Assembly (NCBI RefSeq): GCF_006345805.1
Contig: NW_021831942.1
Coordinates: 1-33,914 of the forward strand
Length of the DNA stretch: 33,914 nucleotides
Reading direction: 5' to 3'
DNA from: Octopus sinensis
Taxonomy: Eukaryota
A program made the position numbers and the translations under genes. Positions within the stretch are counted from its first letter, which is position 1, and every line of letters starts with the position of its first letter. The notes under the pieces were generated by a model. The model searched no databases, had not been told where the DNA came from, and was given only the letters and a program-made list of their open reading frames with translations. Shown one piece after another: positions 23,126-33,914 of this stretch.

Positions 23126-23517
23126 TTTTTTTTTGGAAGCACTCCATCGGTTACGACGACGAGGGTTCCGGTTGATCCGAATCAACGGAACAGCTTGCTC
23201 GTGAAATTTACGTGTAAGTGGCTGAGCACTCCACAGACACGTGTACCCTTAACGTAGTTCTCGGGGATATTCGGCGTGACACAGAGAGTGACAAGGCCGG
23301 CCCTTTGAAATACAGGTACAACAGAAACAGGAAGTAAGAGTGAGAGAAAGTTGTGGTGAAAGAGTACAGCAGGGATCACCACCATCCCCTGCCGGAGCCT
23401 CGTGGAGCTTTTAGGTGTTTTCGCTCAATAAACACTCACAACGCCCGGTCTGGGAATCGAAACCGCGATCTTATGACCGCGAGTCTGCTGCCCTAACCAC
23501 TTGGCCATTGCGCCTCC
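23126..23517 (-). mobile_element. SINE family C, full length with short poly(A), inserted in (TGTA)n
   Basis: Minus strand head GGAGGCGCAATGGCCAAGTGG..GGTTTCGATTCC; T9 at 23126-23134. Confidence 0.9.
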
Positions 23518-23587
23518 TGAGATGTATGTATGTATGTATGTATGTATGTATGTGTGTGTTTATGAATATATGTGTATGCATTCATGA

Positions 23588-23875
23588 AGGCAGATGGCTA
23601 ATTTGTTAGAACGTCGGGCTCACAATCATGAGGTAGTGAGTTCAATTCCTGGACAGGGCTGTGTGTGTTCTTGAGCAAGACACTTTATTTCATGTTGCTC
23701 CATTTCACTCTGCCTCTTTGCCTGTCCCTTGGATAACATCGGTGGTGTGGAGCGGGGAGGCTGGTATGCATAGGCGACTGCTGGTCTTCCATAAACAACC
23801 TTGCCTGGGCATTGCCTTGGAGGGGAACTTTCTAGGTGCAGCCCATGCTCCTTCATGACCGAAGGGGTTCTTTGC
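23588..23875 (+). mobile_element. Fourth tRNA-derived SINE (family D, CORE-like)
   Basis: A-box-like TGGCTAATTTG, B-box GAGTTCAATTCC and CORE-like TGTGTTCTTGAGCAAGACACTTTA. Single copy in the window. Confidence 0.6.
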
Positions 23876-24410
23876 CCTAAGCACGTATATAGAAACGCAT
23901 GCGTGCTCAGACGCGGGGATTCTAACGAAAATAATACAAAGAATGATATAACTTTTATATCAACAGACGGCATGAGTTGGTCATCATACACACCATATGT
24001 ACGGAGCAACTCTTCCTCTCTACAATGGTGCTACACAAAATAGCCTTTATCCCAAAACGATGTATTGGCACCATCGTTGTACACAACTCACGAGTCTTCT
24101 TTGGAAAAAAAATTCAAAAGTGTGTTGTTGTCCTCAAATCTTCACAGTCCCTTTCACTTCGTCTGTGTCATGAAGTTCTTTATTCCCGAAGACCTGTCCT
24201 CTATTGGACCAAGCAGATGGAAGAGGATGTGAAGACCCGGACTCTACAACAAACGCTAAATTGTTGACCAGCCAAATTTCCCGATTACGTGATTTGTTGG
24301 CGAAGATGCGCACAGCTTCGCATTGTTGTAGTGAATCTGGGTTATTTACAGATCCGTTTAGACGCTTCGTCGTGATAGATTCTCAAAGCTTATTAAATAT
24401 CGCAATCCAC

Positions 24411-25481
24411 TGCATATCGAAAATGTTTAACACTGTATAAATTGTTTAAATACTCAACAAATACAGCAGTTATTCTATGAAGCGGTCCCAAAGTTGCATA
24501 CCAAAAATGTTTAACATTTTATAAACTGTTTAAATACGCAAAAAATACAGCAGTTATTCTATGCAGGAGTCCCTAGCTTGCATACCAAAACATATTTAAT
24601 ACTTTATAAACTGGTTAAATACTCAACAAATGCAGCAGTTATTCTATGCAGGAGTCCCTAATTCGCATACCGAAAATATTGAGCCGCTTTATAAACTCTA
24701 TATATACTCAACAAATGCAGCAGTTATTCTATGCAGGAGTCCCTAATTTGCATACCGAAAATGTTGAACTGCTCTATGAATTCTATATATACTCAACAAA
24801 TTCAGCAGTTATTCTATGCAGGAGTCCCTAATTTGCATACCGAAAATGTTGAACTGAGCTATGAATTCTATATATACTCAACAAATGCAGCAGTTATTCT
24901 ATGCAGGAGTCCCTAATTTGCATACCGAAAATGTTAAACCGCTCTGTAAACTCTATATATACTCAACAAATACAGCAGATATTCTATGGCGGAATCCCTA
25001 ATTTGCATACCGAAAATTTTTAACCAATCTATGAACTCTATATATACTCAACAAATACAGAAGTTATTCTATGCCGAAGTCCCTAATTTGCATACCACAA
25101 ATTTTTAACTGCTCTATAAAATCAACAAATGGAGCAATTAATTCTATTCTGGAGTCCCTAATTTGCATACCAAAAATTTTTAACCGCTCTAAAAACTCAA
25201 CAAATGGAGCAGTTAATTCTATGCTGGAATCCCTAATTTGCATACCGAAAATGTTTAACCCTTTCAAACTTTTTAAATACACAACAAATGCAGCAGTTAT
25301 TCTATGCAGGAGTCCCTAATTTGCATACCGAAAATTTTTAACCGCTCTATAAACTCTATATATACTCAACAAATACAGCAGTTATTTTATGTAGGTGTCC
25401 CCAAGTTGCATACCGAAAATGTTTAACCCTTTATAAACTGTTTAAATACTCAACAAATGCAGCAGTTATCCTATGCAGGAG
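24411..25481. repeat. 85-bp minisatellite, about 13 units
   Basis: Anchor CAACAAAT (one unit CAAAAAAT) at 24455, 24539, 24624, 24709, 24794, 24879, 24964, 25049, 25123, 25198, 25282, 25367 and 25451; two units are about 75 bp. Confidence 0.95.
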
Positions 25482-25490
25482 ATTGTGATA

Positions 25491-25899
25491 TTGTTTCAGC
25501 ACTTTGACTGTGGCCATGCTGGAGCGTAGCCTTGAAGTGCTTTTGTCGAACAATTCGACCCCAGGTCTTATTCTTTATTAGCCTGGTACTTATTTTATCG
25601 GTCTCTTTGCCGAACCGCTAGGTTATGGGGATGCAAACAGCTCAACACCAGTTGTCAAGCGATGGTGGAGGGACAAACATAGACACATAGACACACACAC
25701 ATACACACACATATACACACACACATACTCACACATATACACGACGAACCACTTTCTGTTTCCTTCTACCAAATCCACTCAGAAGCCTGTAGTCTGCCTG
25801 AGGTTATAGTAGAAGACACTTGCCAAATACGTGACATATTGGGCCTGAACCCGGAAATATGTGGTTGGAAAGCAACCGTTTTACCACACAGCCACGCCT
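25491..25899 (-). mobile_element. SINE family A, older diverged full-length copy
   Basis: Reverse-complement similarity over head, body and tail. Confidence 0.85.
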
Positions 25900-25915
25900 A
25901 TATCTGTATTTGGAA

Positions 25916-26756
25916 TCGTAAAATATAATTGCCAACTAAATGAAGCAGTCCCTAATCGGATACAGACAGTGTGTCGTTAGCCAGCTAGAGGAGCTGTCTT
26001 CCTGGGGCTAAAACAACAGTAGCAACGTCCTCTATGGCACCGCCACATTTAGTTGGCAATTATATTTTACGACTCTGTACCGCTACTGTTTACTTCTCGC
26101 TCAGTGGAGGCGCAATGGCCCAGTGGTCCTACGCGATCCTACGATCGCTGGCATGCGGTCGTAGGATCGCGGTTTCGATTCCCAGACAGGGCATTGAGTG
26201 TATTTATTGAGCGAAAACACCTAAAGCTCCACGAGTCTCGTCAGGGGTGGTAGCGAACCCTGCTGTACTCTTTCACCACAATTTTCACTCACTCACTCTT
26301 TCTTCTTCTTTCCGTTTTACCTGTATTTCAAAGGGGCCAGCCTTGTGGCACTCTGTGTCACGCTGAATTTCCCCGAGAACTACGTTAAGGGTACACGTGT
26401 CTGTGGAGTGCTCAGCCACTTGCACGTTAATTTCACGAGCAGGCTGTTCCACTGATCAGATCAACTGGAACACTCATCGTCGTAACTGACGGAGTGCCAC
26501 AATACTTCTCGCTCAGAGATTTAATATTGCTTGTATATATATATATATATAAAATTAGAAATATTACATTTCCAAATCACTCAGAGATTTATACAGTAGC
26601 GACACGATAAAGTGATGGTTTGTTGCCAACGTAATGTTGCAGTCCCAGTAAGGGGACACATAGCCAACTGGAAACGGTGTTTCCTGGGGCTAAACAGCAG
26701 TAGCATTCTTCCCTTTACTGGGATTGCCACATTCAGTTGACAACAAAAACATCACT
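25916..26756. mobile_element. Composite double-hairpin element (hairpin - linker - (TA)n - linker - hairpin), interrupted by SINE C
   Basis: Perfect 27-bp IR 25916-25942 / 26046-26072 and imperfect IR about 26611-26655 / 26710-26756. Both contain TTCCTGGGGCTAAA. Collinear with about 16030-16685. Confidence 0.65.
26105..26502 (+). mobile_element. SINE family C with 14-bp TSD
   Basis: TSD TACTTCTCGCTCAG at 26091-26104 and 26503-26516. Confidence 0.92.
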
Positions 26757-26809
26757 ATATATATATATATATATATCTATATATACACATACATATATAT
26801 ATCTATATG

Positions 26810-26860
<51 letters not shown>

Positions 26861-26874
26861 ATATATATAATATA

Positions 26875-27240
26875 TATCTGTAAATATAATATGTGACAAT
26901 TATTCGGTAGCCAAGATAAAACTCTGAGGTTCGGATGCGAGGGAATGGAAATCCAACACCACCATCTCTTCAGTTATCCAGCCATCGGAAAAACGCCTTT
27001 TTTATACGATAGAAAATATTTTCTATCGTATAAAATCTAAGAAATCCCCCCCCTCCAAGATCAAAGGCTTGGAAGATTTCGAGACGTTTTTTCCGATAGC
27101 CGGATAACTGAAGAGATGGTGGTGTGGATTTCCACTTCGGTATCCGAAACTCAGAGCTTTATCTTGGCTACAGATAAAATTCCCCTATTTACATAATATT
27201 GAGGTCTCTTTCTTTTTTGTTATCTTACCGTTTTTCCCAA
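26875..27240. mobile_element. Foldback element F2 (short copy), with hammerhead-like motif in each arm and stalk on the right
   Basis: Arms 26907-26995 / 27085-27171; stalk 27172-27240 is the reverse complement of 32342-32410; (TA)n flanks. + strand GATAA-CTGAAGA-GATG..TATC-CGAAA-CTCAGAG-C-T-TTATC at 27103-27163. Confidence 0.8.
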
Positions 27241-27289
27241 TATATACATATATATATACATATATATATATATATACATATATATATAC

Positions 27290-27376
<87 letters not shown>

Positions 27377-27445
27377 TAAAATATTTATTTTAATATACAT
27401 ATATATATTATATTAATATATATATTATATATACATATATACATA

Positions 27446-27494
<49 letters not shown>

Positions 27495-27789
27495 TATTAT
27501 ATATATATATAATATATATTATATATTATATATATATATATATCGTGCAGTGTACACATATATGTACAAATTGTGTATCATATATCTAAAAACAAAGCAG
27601 ACTGTAGTAAAGAGCAGTAGTGTATATATATGCAGTTAAACATACTCTATGACCGGACATATACTTAACTACTTAGACGTATACACACACACACACATAC
27701 ATGCATATATATACGCATACGTAGATGCACATATGATGATGCATACACAAACATATATACAATTATACTTAATGCATTCGCCACACTAT

Positions 27790-30349
27790 TTCTGTATGTA
27801 TGTATGCATGCCTGTATGTATGTATGTATGTGTGTGGATGAATGAATGTAAGAATGCATGTATGTATGTATGTATGTATGTATGTATGTATGTATGTATG
27901 TATACATGTAAGTATGCATGTATGTATGCATGTATGCAAGTTTGTACATATGTAGTATATATATGTATGTATGTGTGTATGCAAGTGTGTATATATGTAT
28001 GTGTGTAAGTATGTGTGTGTAAGTGTGTGTCTATGTGTGTGTGTATGTATGTATGTGTGTATGTATGTATGTATGTGTGTGGATGAATGAATGTAAGAAT
28101 GCATGTATGTATGTATGTAAGTTTGTATAAATGTATGTATGTAAATATGTGTATATATGCAAGTTTGCGTATATATGTAAGTATGTATATATATGTATTA
28201 TGCATGCATGTATGTATGTATGTATACATGTAAGTATGCATGTATGTATGCATTTATGCAAGTTTGTACATATGTAGTATATATATGTATGTGTGTATGC
28301 AAGTTTGTATATATGTATGTGTGTAAGTATGTGTGTATGTGTGTGTAAGTGTGTGTCTATGTGTGTATGTATGTATGAATGTATGCATGCATGTATGTGT
28401 GTGGATGAATGAATGTAAGAATGCATGTATGCATGTATGTATGTAAGTTTGTATAAATGTGTGTAAATGTGTGTAAATATGTGTGTATATATGCAATTTT
28501 GCGTATGCACGTAAATATGTATGTATGTAAATATGTATTATGCATGTATGTATGTATGTATGTATGTAAGTATGTATGTATGTATGTATGTATGTGTGTA
28601 TGTATAAATGTATATATGCATGTATGCAAGTTTGTACATATGTATCATATATATGTATGTATGTGTGTGCAAGTTTGTATATACGTATGTGTGTAAGTAT
28701 GTGTGTATGTGTGTGTAAGTGTGTGTTTATGCATGTATGTATGTGTGTATGTATGTATGTGTGTATGTATACATGTATGTATGCATGTATGCAAGTTTGT
28801 ACATATGTAGTATATATATATATGTATGTATGTGTGTATGCAAGTTTGTATATATGTATGTGTGTAAGTATGTGTGTATGTGTGTGTAAGTGTGTATGTA
28901 TGTATGTATGTATGTATGTATGTATGTATGTATGTATGTGTGTATGTATGTATGTGTGTATGTATACATGTATGTATGCATGTATGCAAGTTTGTACATA
29001 TGCAGTATATATATGTATGTATGTGTGTATGCAAGTTTGTATATATGTATGTGTGTAAGTATGTGTGTATGTGTGTAAGTGTGTGTGTATGTATGTATGT
29101 GTGTATGTATGTATGTGTGTATGTATACATGTATGTATGCATGTATGCAAGTTTGTACATATGTAGTATATATATGTATGTATGTGTGTATGTATGTGTG
29201 TATGCAAGTTTATATATATGTATGTGTGTAAGTATGTGTGTATGTGTGTGTAAGTGTGTGTGTATGTATGTATGTATGTGTGTATGTATGCATGTGTGTA
29301 TGTATACATGTATGTATGCATGTATGCAAGTTTGTACATATGTAGTATATATATATATGTATGTATGTGTGTATGCAAGTTTGTATATACGTATGTGTGT
29401 AAGTATGTGTGTATGTGTGTCTAAGTGTGTGTGTATGTATGTATGTATTTATGTATGTATGTATGTATGTATGTATGTGTGTACGTATACATGTATGTAT
29501 GCATGTATGCAAGTTTGTACATATGTAGTATATATATATATGTATGTATGTGTGTATGCAAGTTTGTATATACGTATGTGTGTAAGTATGTGTTTATGTG
29601 TGTGTAAGTGTGTGTGTATGTATGTATATATTTATGTATGTATGTATGTATGTATGTGTGTATGTATACATGTATGTATGCATGTATGCAAGTTTGTACA
29701 TATGTAGTAGTATATAATGTATGTATGTGTGTGTATGCAAAGTTTGTAATACGTATGTGTGTGTAAGTATGTGTGTATGTGTGTGTGTAGTTGTGTGTAT
29801 GTATGTATGTATGTATGTATGTATGTGTGTGTGTGTGTGTATGTATACATGTATGTATGCATGTATGTGCATGTATGCAAGTTTGTACACAAGTAGTATA
29901 TATATGTATGTATGTGTGTATGCAAGTTTGTATATATGTATGTATGTGTGTAAGTATGTGGTAGGTGTGTAGTGTGTGTGTGTGTATGTATGTGTGTGTA
30001 TGTATGTATGTGTGTATGTATACATGTATGTATGCATGTATGCAAGTTTGTACATATGTAGTATATATATGTATGTATGTGTGTATGCAAGTTTGTATAT
30101 ACGTATGTGTGTAAGTATGTGTGTATGTGTGTGTAAGTTTGTGTGTATGTATGTATGTATGTATGTATGTATGTGTTGTGTGTGTGTATGTATACATGTA
30201 TGTATGCATGTATGTATGCATGTATGCAAGTTTGTACATAAGTAGTATATATATGTATGAATGTGTGTATGCAAGTTTGTATATACGTATGTGTGTAAGT
30301 ATGTGTGTATGCGTGTGTAAGTGTGTGTGTATGTATGTATGTATGTATG

Positions 30350-30378
<29 letters not shown>
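27790..30378. repeat. Higher-order satellite built from (TATG)/(TG) microsatellite, mostly ~160-195-bp units
   Basis: Anchor GCAAGTTTGTACA recurs 12 times (about 27936 to 30226) with a fixed order of sub-motifs and variable TATG counts. Confidence 0.9.
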
Positions 30379-30380
<2 letters not shown>

Positions 30381-30599
30381 TGCAACACTCCTAATAAATT
30401 CACGAGACACTAGAAACATTTAAAAGATAAACTAGGAAATGTCTATGTATGTATGCACACACTCGCACGCACACACACACGCGCGCGCGCACATCCAGCT
30501 CCGGTTTCTGACTTGAAGTTTCAAGTAGATAATTTTTTTGTTTTAACATCATCAACAGCAGCAGCACCAGCAGAAGCACCTGTCTGTTGCGTTCACATT

Positions 30600-30825
30600 T
30601 TCTTTTATCTTTTAATTATGTTAGTAGACTGCGGCCATGCTGGGGCACTGCCTTGTGGAATTTTCGTCGGACAAATCGACACCCCTCCCCCCAGTACTTA
30701 ATGTTAAGACTGGGATTTATTATTTGCGTACTTTCTATCGAACCGCTAAGTTACGGGGACATAAACACGCCAACCCTGGTTGTCAAGCCGTGGGGTAGGG
30801 TGGACAAGTACACACACAGAGACAT
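30600..30825 (-). mobile_element. SINE family A, old 3' half
   Basis: GACTGCGGCCATGCTGGGGCAC..GAACCGCTAAGTTACGGGGAC..GGTTGTCAAGC. Confidence 0.8.
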
Positions 30826-30845
30826 ACATGCACACACATACAGTG

Positions 30846-31248
<403 letters not shown>

Positions 31249-32126
31249 TCATTGTTACTATTTCCTGTATTTGTATAAAAAATAATCAGTCGCCAAACCC
31301 ATATGAACATTTTGAACCAAATAAATAGAATGGACTAACCTGAATTGAATTTCTGAAATTCTAACGTTATTTAAACCTTCTTTTCGTTTCTCTGACACAA
31401 AGTTCAGCTATAGATAGCGTTAAATTGCTATGGTAACAGACCGGATTTAGTAGATTTTATTACAAACCAAACTACTTGACCTCAATCACATTGTTATGAA
31501 ATGTCTACATACATACCTATATATACCGACCTATATCTCAAGATCCCTACGTAAATCTATTCATAAATGTACATAAGTGTCCCTGTAAATGAACATTTGC
31601 ACAATGCAGTAGGAATGAATTTAAATTGCAGTAGAAATAAGGGGTTCAGTGTGGCCTTAATTAGACGACCCTTAAAAAAATAGCTTTTATGGGGAGTTGC
31701 TGGTTTGAGTTTCGTTGTCCTTGCACCAACGGACTAGAAGGTGTTAACGAACTTAACAATTTACTTTAAGGTATGGATGAATTATGTCTAGCTTTAACCT
31801 CCCCATGCTTATAAACACCAAATAGCAATGTTTCGCTTTGTGATCGTGAGAGCACTAAACCACACATGTGCCTATACTTACAATTTCGCAGATGCTTGTA
31901 TGAGCGAGTGTACACGCGCCATGCAACTTGCACGAGAGCGTTATCTGTTAACGGTTAGTTTTAATATTTTTCTCGCTGTATTGCGAGTTCATTTCTTTTT
32001 TACATCGGTGATTTTATTTTTGATTTTCTATATAAATGAAGACATTTCCTTCGTTTTCCTGCTTTTCTTCCTGCGAAATGATAAGATACATTGCGGAACT
32101 GTTAATTTGACGAGTTGTATCTATTT

Positions 32127-32238
32127 ATCACCCGATGAGAGACACAGACATCTGCACCGCCGGATGCTCCTGAAACAGTTGTTAAGTGTCCCACCCGTGA
32201 GGAATCGATGCTAGATGTGTCGAAACAATTGTTGTGGT
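32127..32238 (+). ncRNA. Type I hammerhead-like motif with long stem II and U4C change
   Basis: ATCAC-CCGATGA-GA-GACACA..(~70 nt)..TGTGTC-GAAA-CAATTG-T-T-GTGGT; palindromic stem III ACAATTGT as at 13426. Confidence 0.5.
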
Positions 32239-32277
32239 TAATAATATTTGTATATTCCATCTTCCGTTCTTCATTTA

Positions 32278-32325
<48 letters not shown>

Positions 32326-32444
32326 TATATATATATATATATTGGAAAAATGGTAAGATAACAAAAGAAAGAAAGAGATCTCGATATTATGTAAATAGAG
32401 GAATTTATCAGTAAATGTAATATGCGACAATTATTCGGTAGCCA

Positions 32445-32506
32445 AGATTAAACTCTGAGTTTCGGATGCCGAGGTGGAAATCCACGCCACCATCTCTTCA
32501 GTTATC
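32445..32506 (-). ncRNA. Type I hammerhead motif (core intact); mirror copy at about 33666-33726 (+) has core mutations
   Basis: Minus strand GATAA-CTGAAGA-GATG..CATC-CGAAA-CTC-A-GAG-T-T-TAATC. The + copy reads CTAAAGA and CGAAGC. Confidence 0.65.
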
Positions 32507-32741
32507 CGGCCATCGGAAAACGCTATGAAAAATAACCGTTATGCAAAGGGAAATTACTGTGTTATAGACCGCTATTTAGACAAAGAGCTATTTGAATGAC
32601 CGCTAATTAAGGTAAGGGGGTAAAAAGTTCATAGCATTCGCGTAGGCACGCCTGTTCATACCTACACATGTGCGCCCGCACACCCACGTGCGTACGCATA
32701 CATTCATCCACCCTCACTAGAAAAACGTTCACATCTATATA

Positions 32742-32775
<34 letters not shown>

Positions 32776-32777
<2 letters not shown>

Positions 32778-33341
32778 TTATAAAATGAGATAGGGGTTGA
32801 AAATTCAACCCACCATGGGATAATATATATCCAATATACTGCTAGATAGGTACCCAACAAAATTAATACATAGATGTTAAAAATTGTCAAACAATCAGTT
32901 CATCTATTGCATTATATGGTGTGAAGGTAATAATATTACCGTAAATTAATACTACCAAAATTAGAGAATGGAGAAATATACTTAAATCAGTAAAACATCA
33001 ACTATCCGATGAAACTCAATCCATACTTTAATACACCATTACATATGAGTAAAGGCAATACATAAAATGAAATGAGATATACAGTAATATTAAAAAGATA
33101 AAGAGATATAAGTAAAAAATTTTCAAATATGATATAAATCAAAACTGACAGTCAGTTTTGATTTATATCATATTTGAAAATTTTTTACTTATATCTCTTA
33201 TTTTTAATATTACGGTATATCTCATTTCATTTTATGTATTGCCTTACTCATATGTAATGGTGTATAAAGTATGGATTGAGTTTCATCGGATAGTTGATGT
33301 TTACTGATTTAAGTATATTTCTCCATTCTCTAATTTTGTAA
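32776..33341. mobile_element. Nested foldback element F3: ~180-bp stalk plus ~190-bp arms with 1-nt loop
   Basis: Arms 32956-33149 / 33151-33338, apex CTGAC-A-GTCAG; (TA)n on both sides. Confidence 0.85.
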
Positions 33342-33771
33342 TATATATATATATAATATATATATATATATATAATATATATTATATATATATATATATA
33401 TATGCATATACATTTGGCGAAGGATGCGAGTGAGATATGTACGTTTTTTTAGTGAGGGTGGATGAATGTATGCGTACGCACGTGGGTGTACGGGCGCACA
33501 TGTGTAGGTATGAACAGGCGTGCTTGCGCGAATACTATGAACTTTTTACCCCCTTACCTTAATTAGCGGTCATTTGAATAGCTCTTTTGTCTAAATAGCG
33601 GTCAATAACACAGTAATTTCCCTTTGTATAACGGTCATTTTTCATAGCGTTCTTTCCGATGGCCGTATAACTAAAGAGATGGTGGCGTGGATTTCCACCT
33701 CGGCATCCGAAGCTCAGAGTTTTATCTTGGCTACCGAATAATTGTTACATATTACATTTACTGATATATAT

Positions 33772-33914
33772 ATTGCAGTGTGGAAGGTGTTTGTAAGCCA
33801 TTTAAGAAACACACAAAAGCCGTTCGATTCACTTCAACATTTAAGTTTAATTGTCAAAATATTTCGTTGCGGTCTTAAGCGACGAAAATATTTTGACAAC
33901 CTTAAACTTAAATG
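33772..33914. mobile_element. Foldback element F1, second copy with apex deleted (runs off the window)
   Basis: Matches 1021-1098, then jumps to the right-arm sequence GCGGTCTTAAGCGACGAAAATATTTTGAC. Confidence 0.85.

Larger units (their letters stand above)
32342..33766. mobile_element. Foldback element F2 (long copy): 64-bp stalk plus ~330-bp arms, with a nested element at the apex
   Basis: Arms 32406-32736 / 33433-33766, roughly 90-95% identical by eye; hammerhead motif in each arm; (TA)n flanks. Confidence 0.85.

Noticed and set aside
23440-23517. tRNA-like sequences in SINE heads
   Set aside because: A and B boxes are present but there is no complete cloverleaf, and they continue into SINE bodies.
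24150-24270. SRRPVLYWTKQMEEDVKT resembling a LINE RT C-terminus
   Set aside because: Similarity is too short and weak to call.

Overview
Eukaryotic, AT-rich, repeat-saturated non-coding DNA. It is very probably an octopus (Octopus sp.) gene region, inferred from the SINE families and the extreme (TA)n/(TACA)n/(GATA)n content rather than proven. The only host coding sequence I can support is one 104-nt internal exon (15787-15890, +) of a WDR86-like WD40 gene, so the rest is presumably two large introns. Nearly all ORF-track entries are microsatellite or SINE translation artefacts. The introns hold four tRNA-derived SINE families, three Tc1/mariner remnants, a Chapaev3-type transposase fragment, an 85-bp minisatellite, a higher-order TATG satellite and a decayed Penelope-like element (inverted RT-thumb fragment, GIY-YIG C-terminus, hammerhead). 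The main observation is a set of short elements in or beside (TA)n tracts that carry about a dozen minimal type I hammerhead ribozyme motifs from about 8 unrelated sequence families, including G3-C8 and U6 core variants. Several are asymmetric head-to-head foldbacks (stalk plus hairpin), and one 1.36-kb foldback has a second foldback nested at its apex. The two textbook-perfect hammerheads flank the exon and are antisense to it, while every sense-strand copy is variant or mutated.
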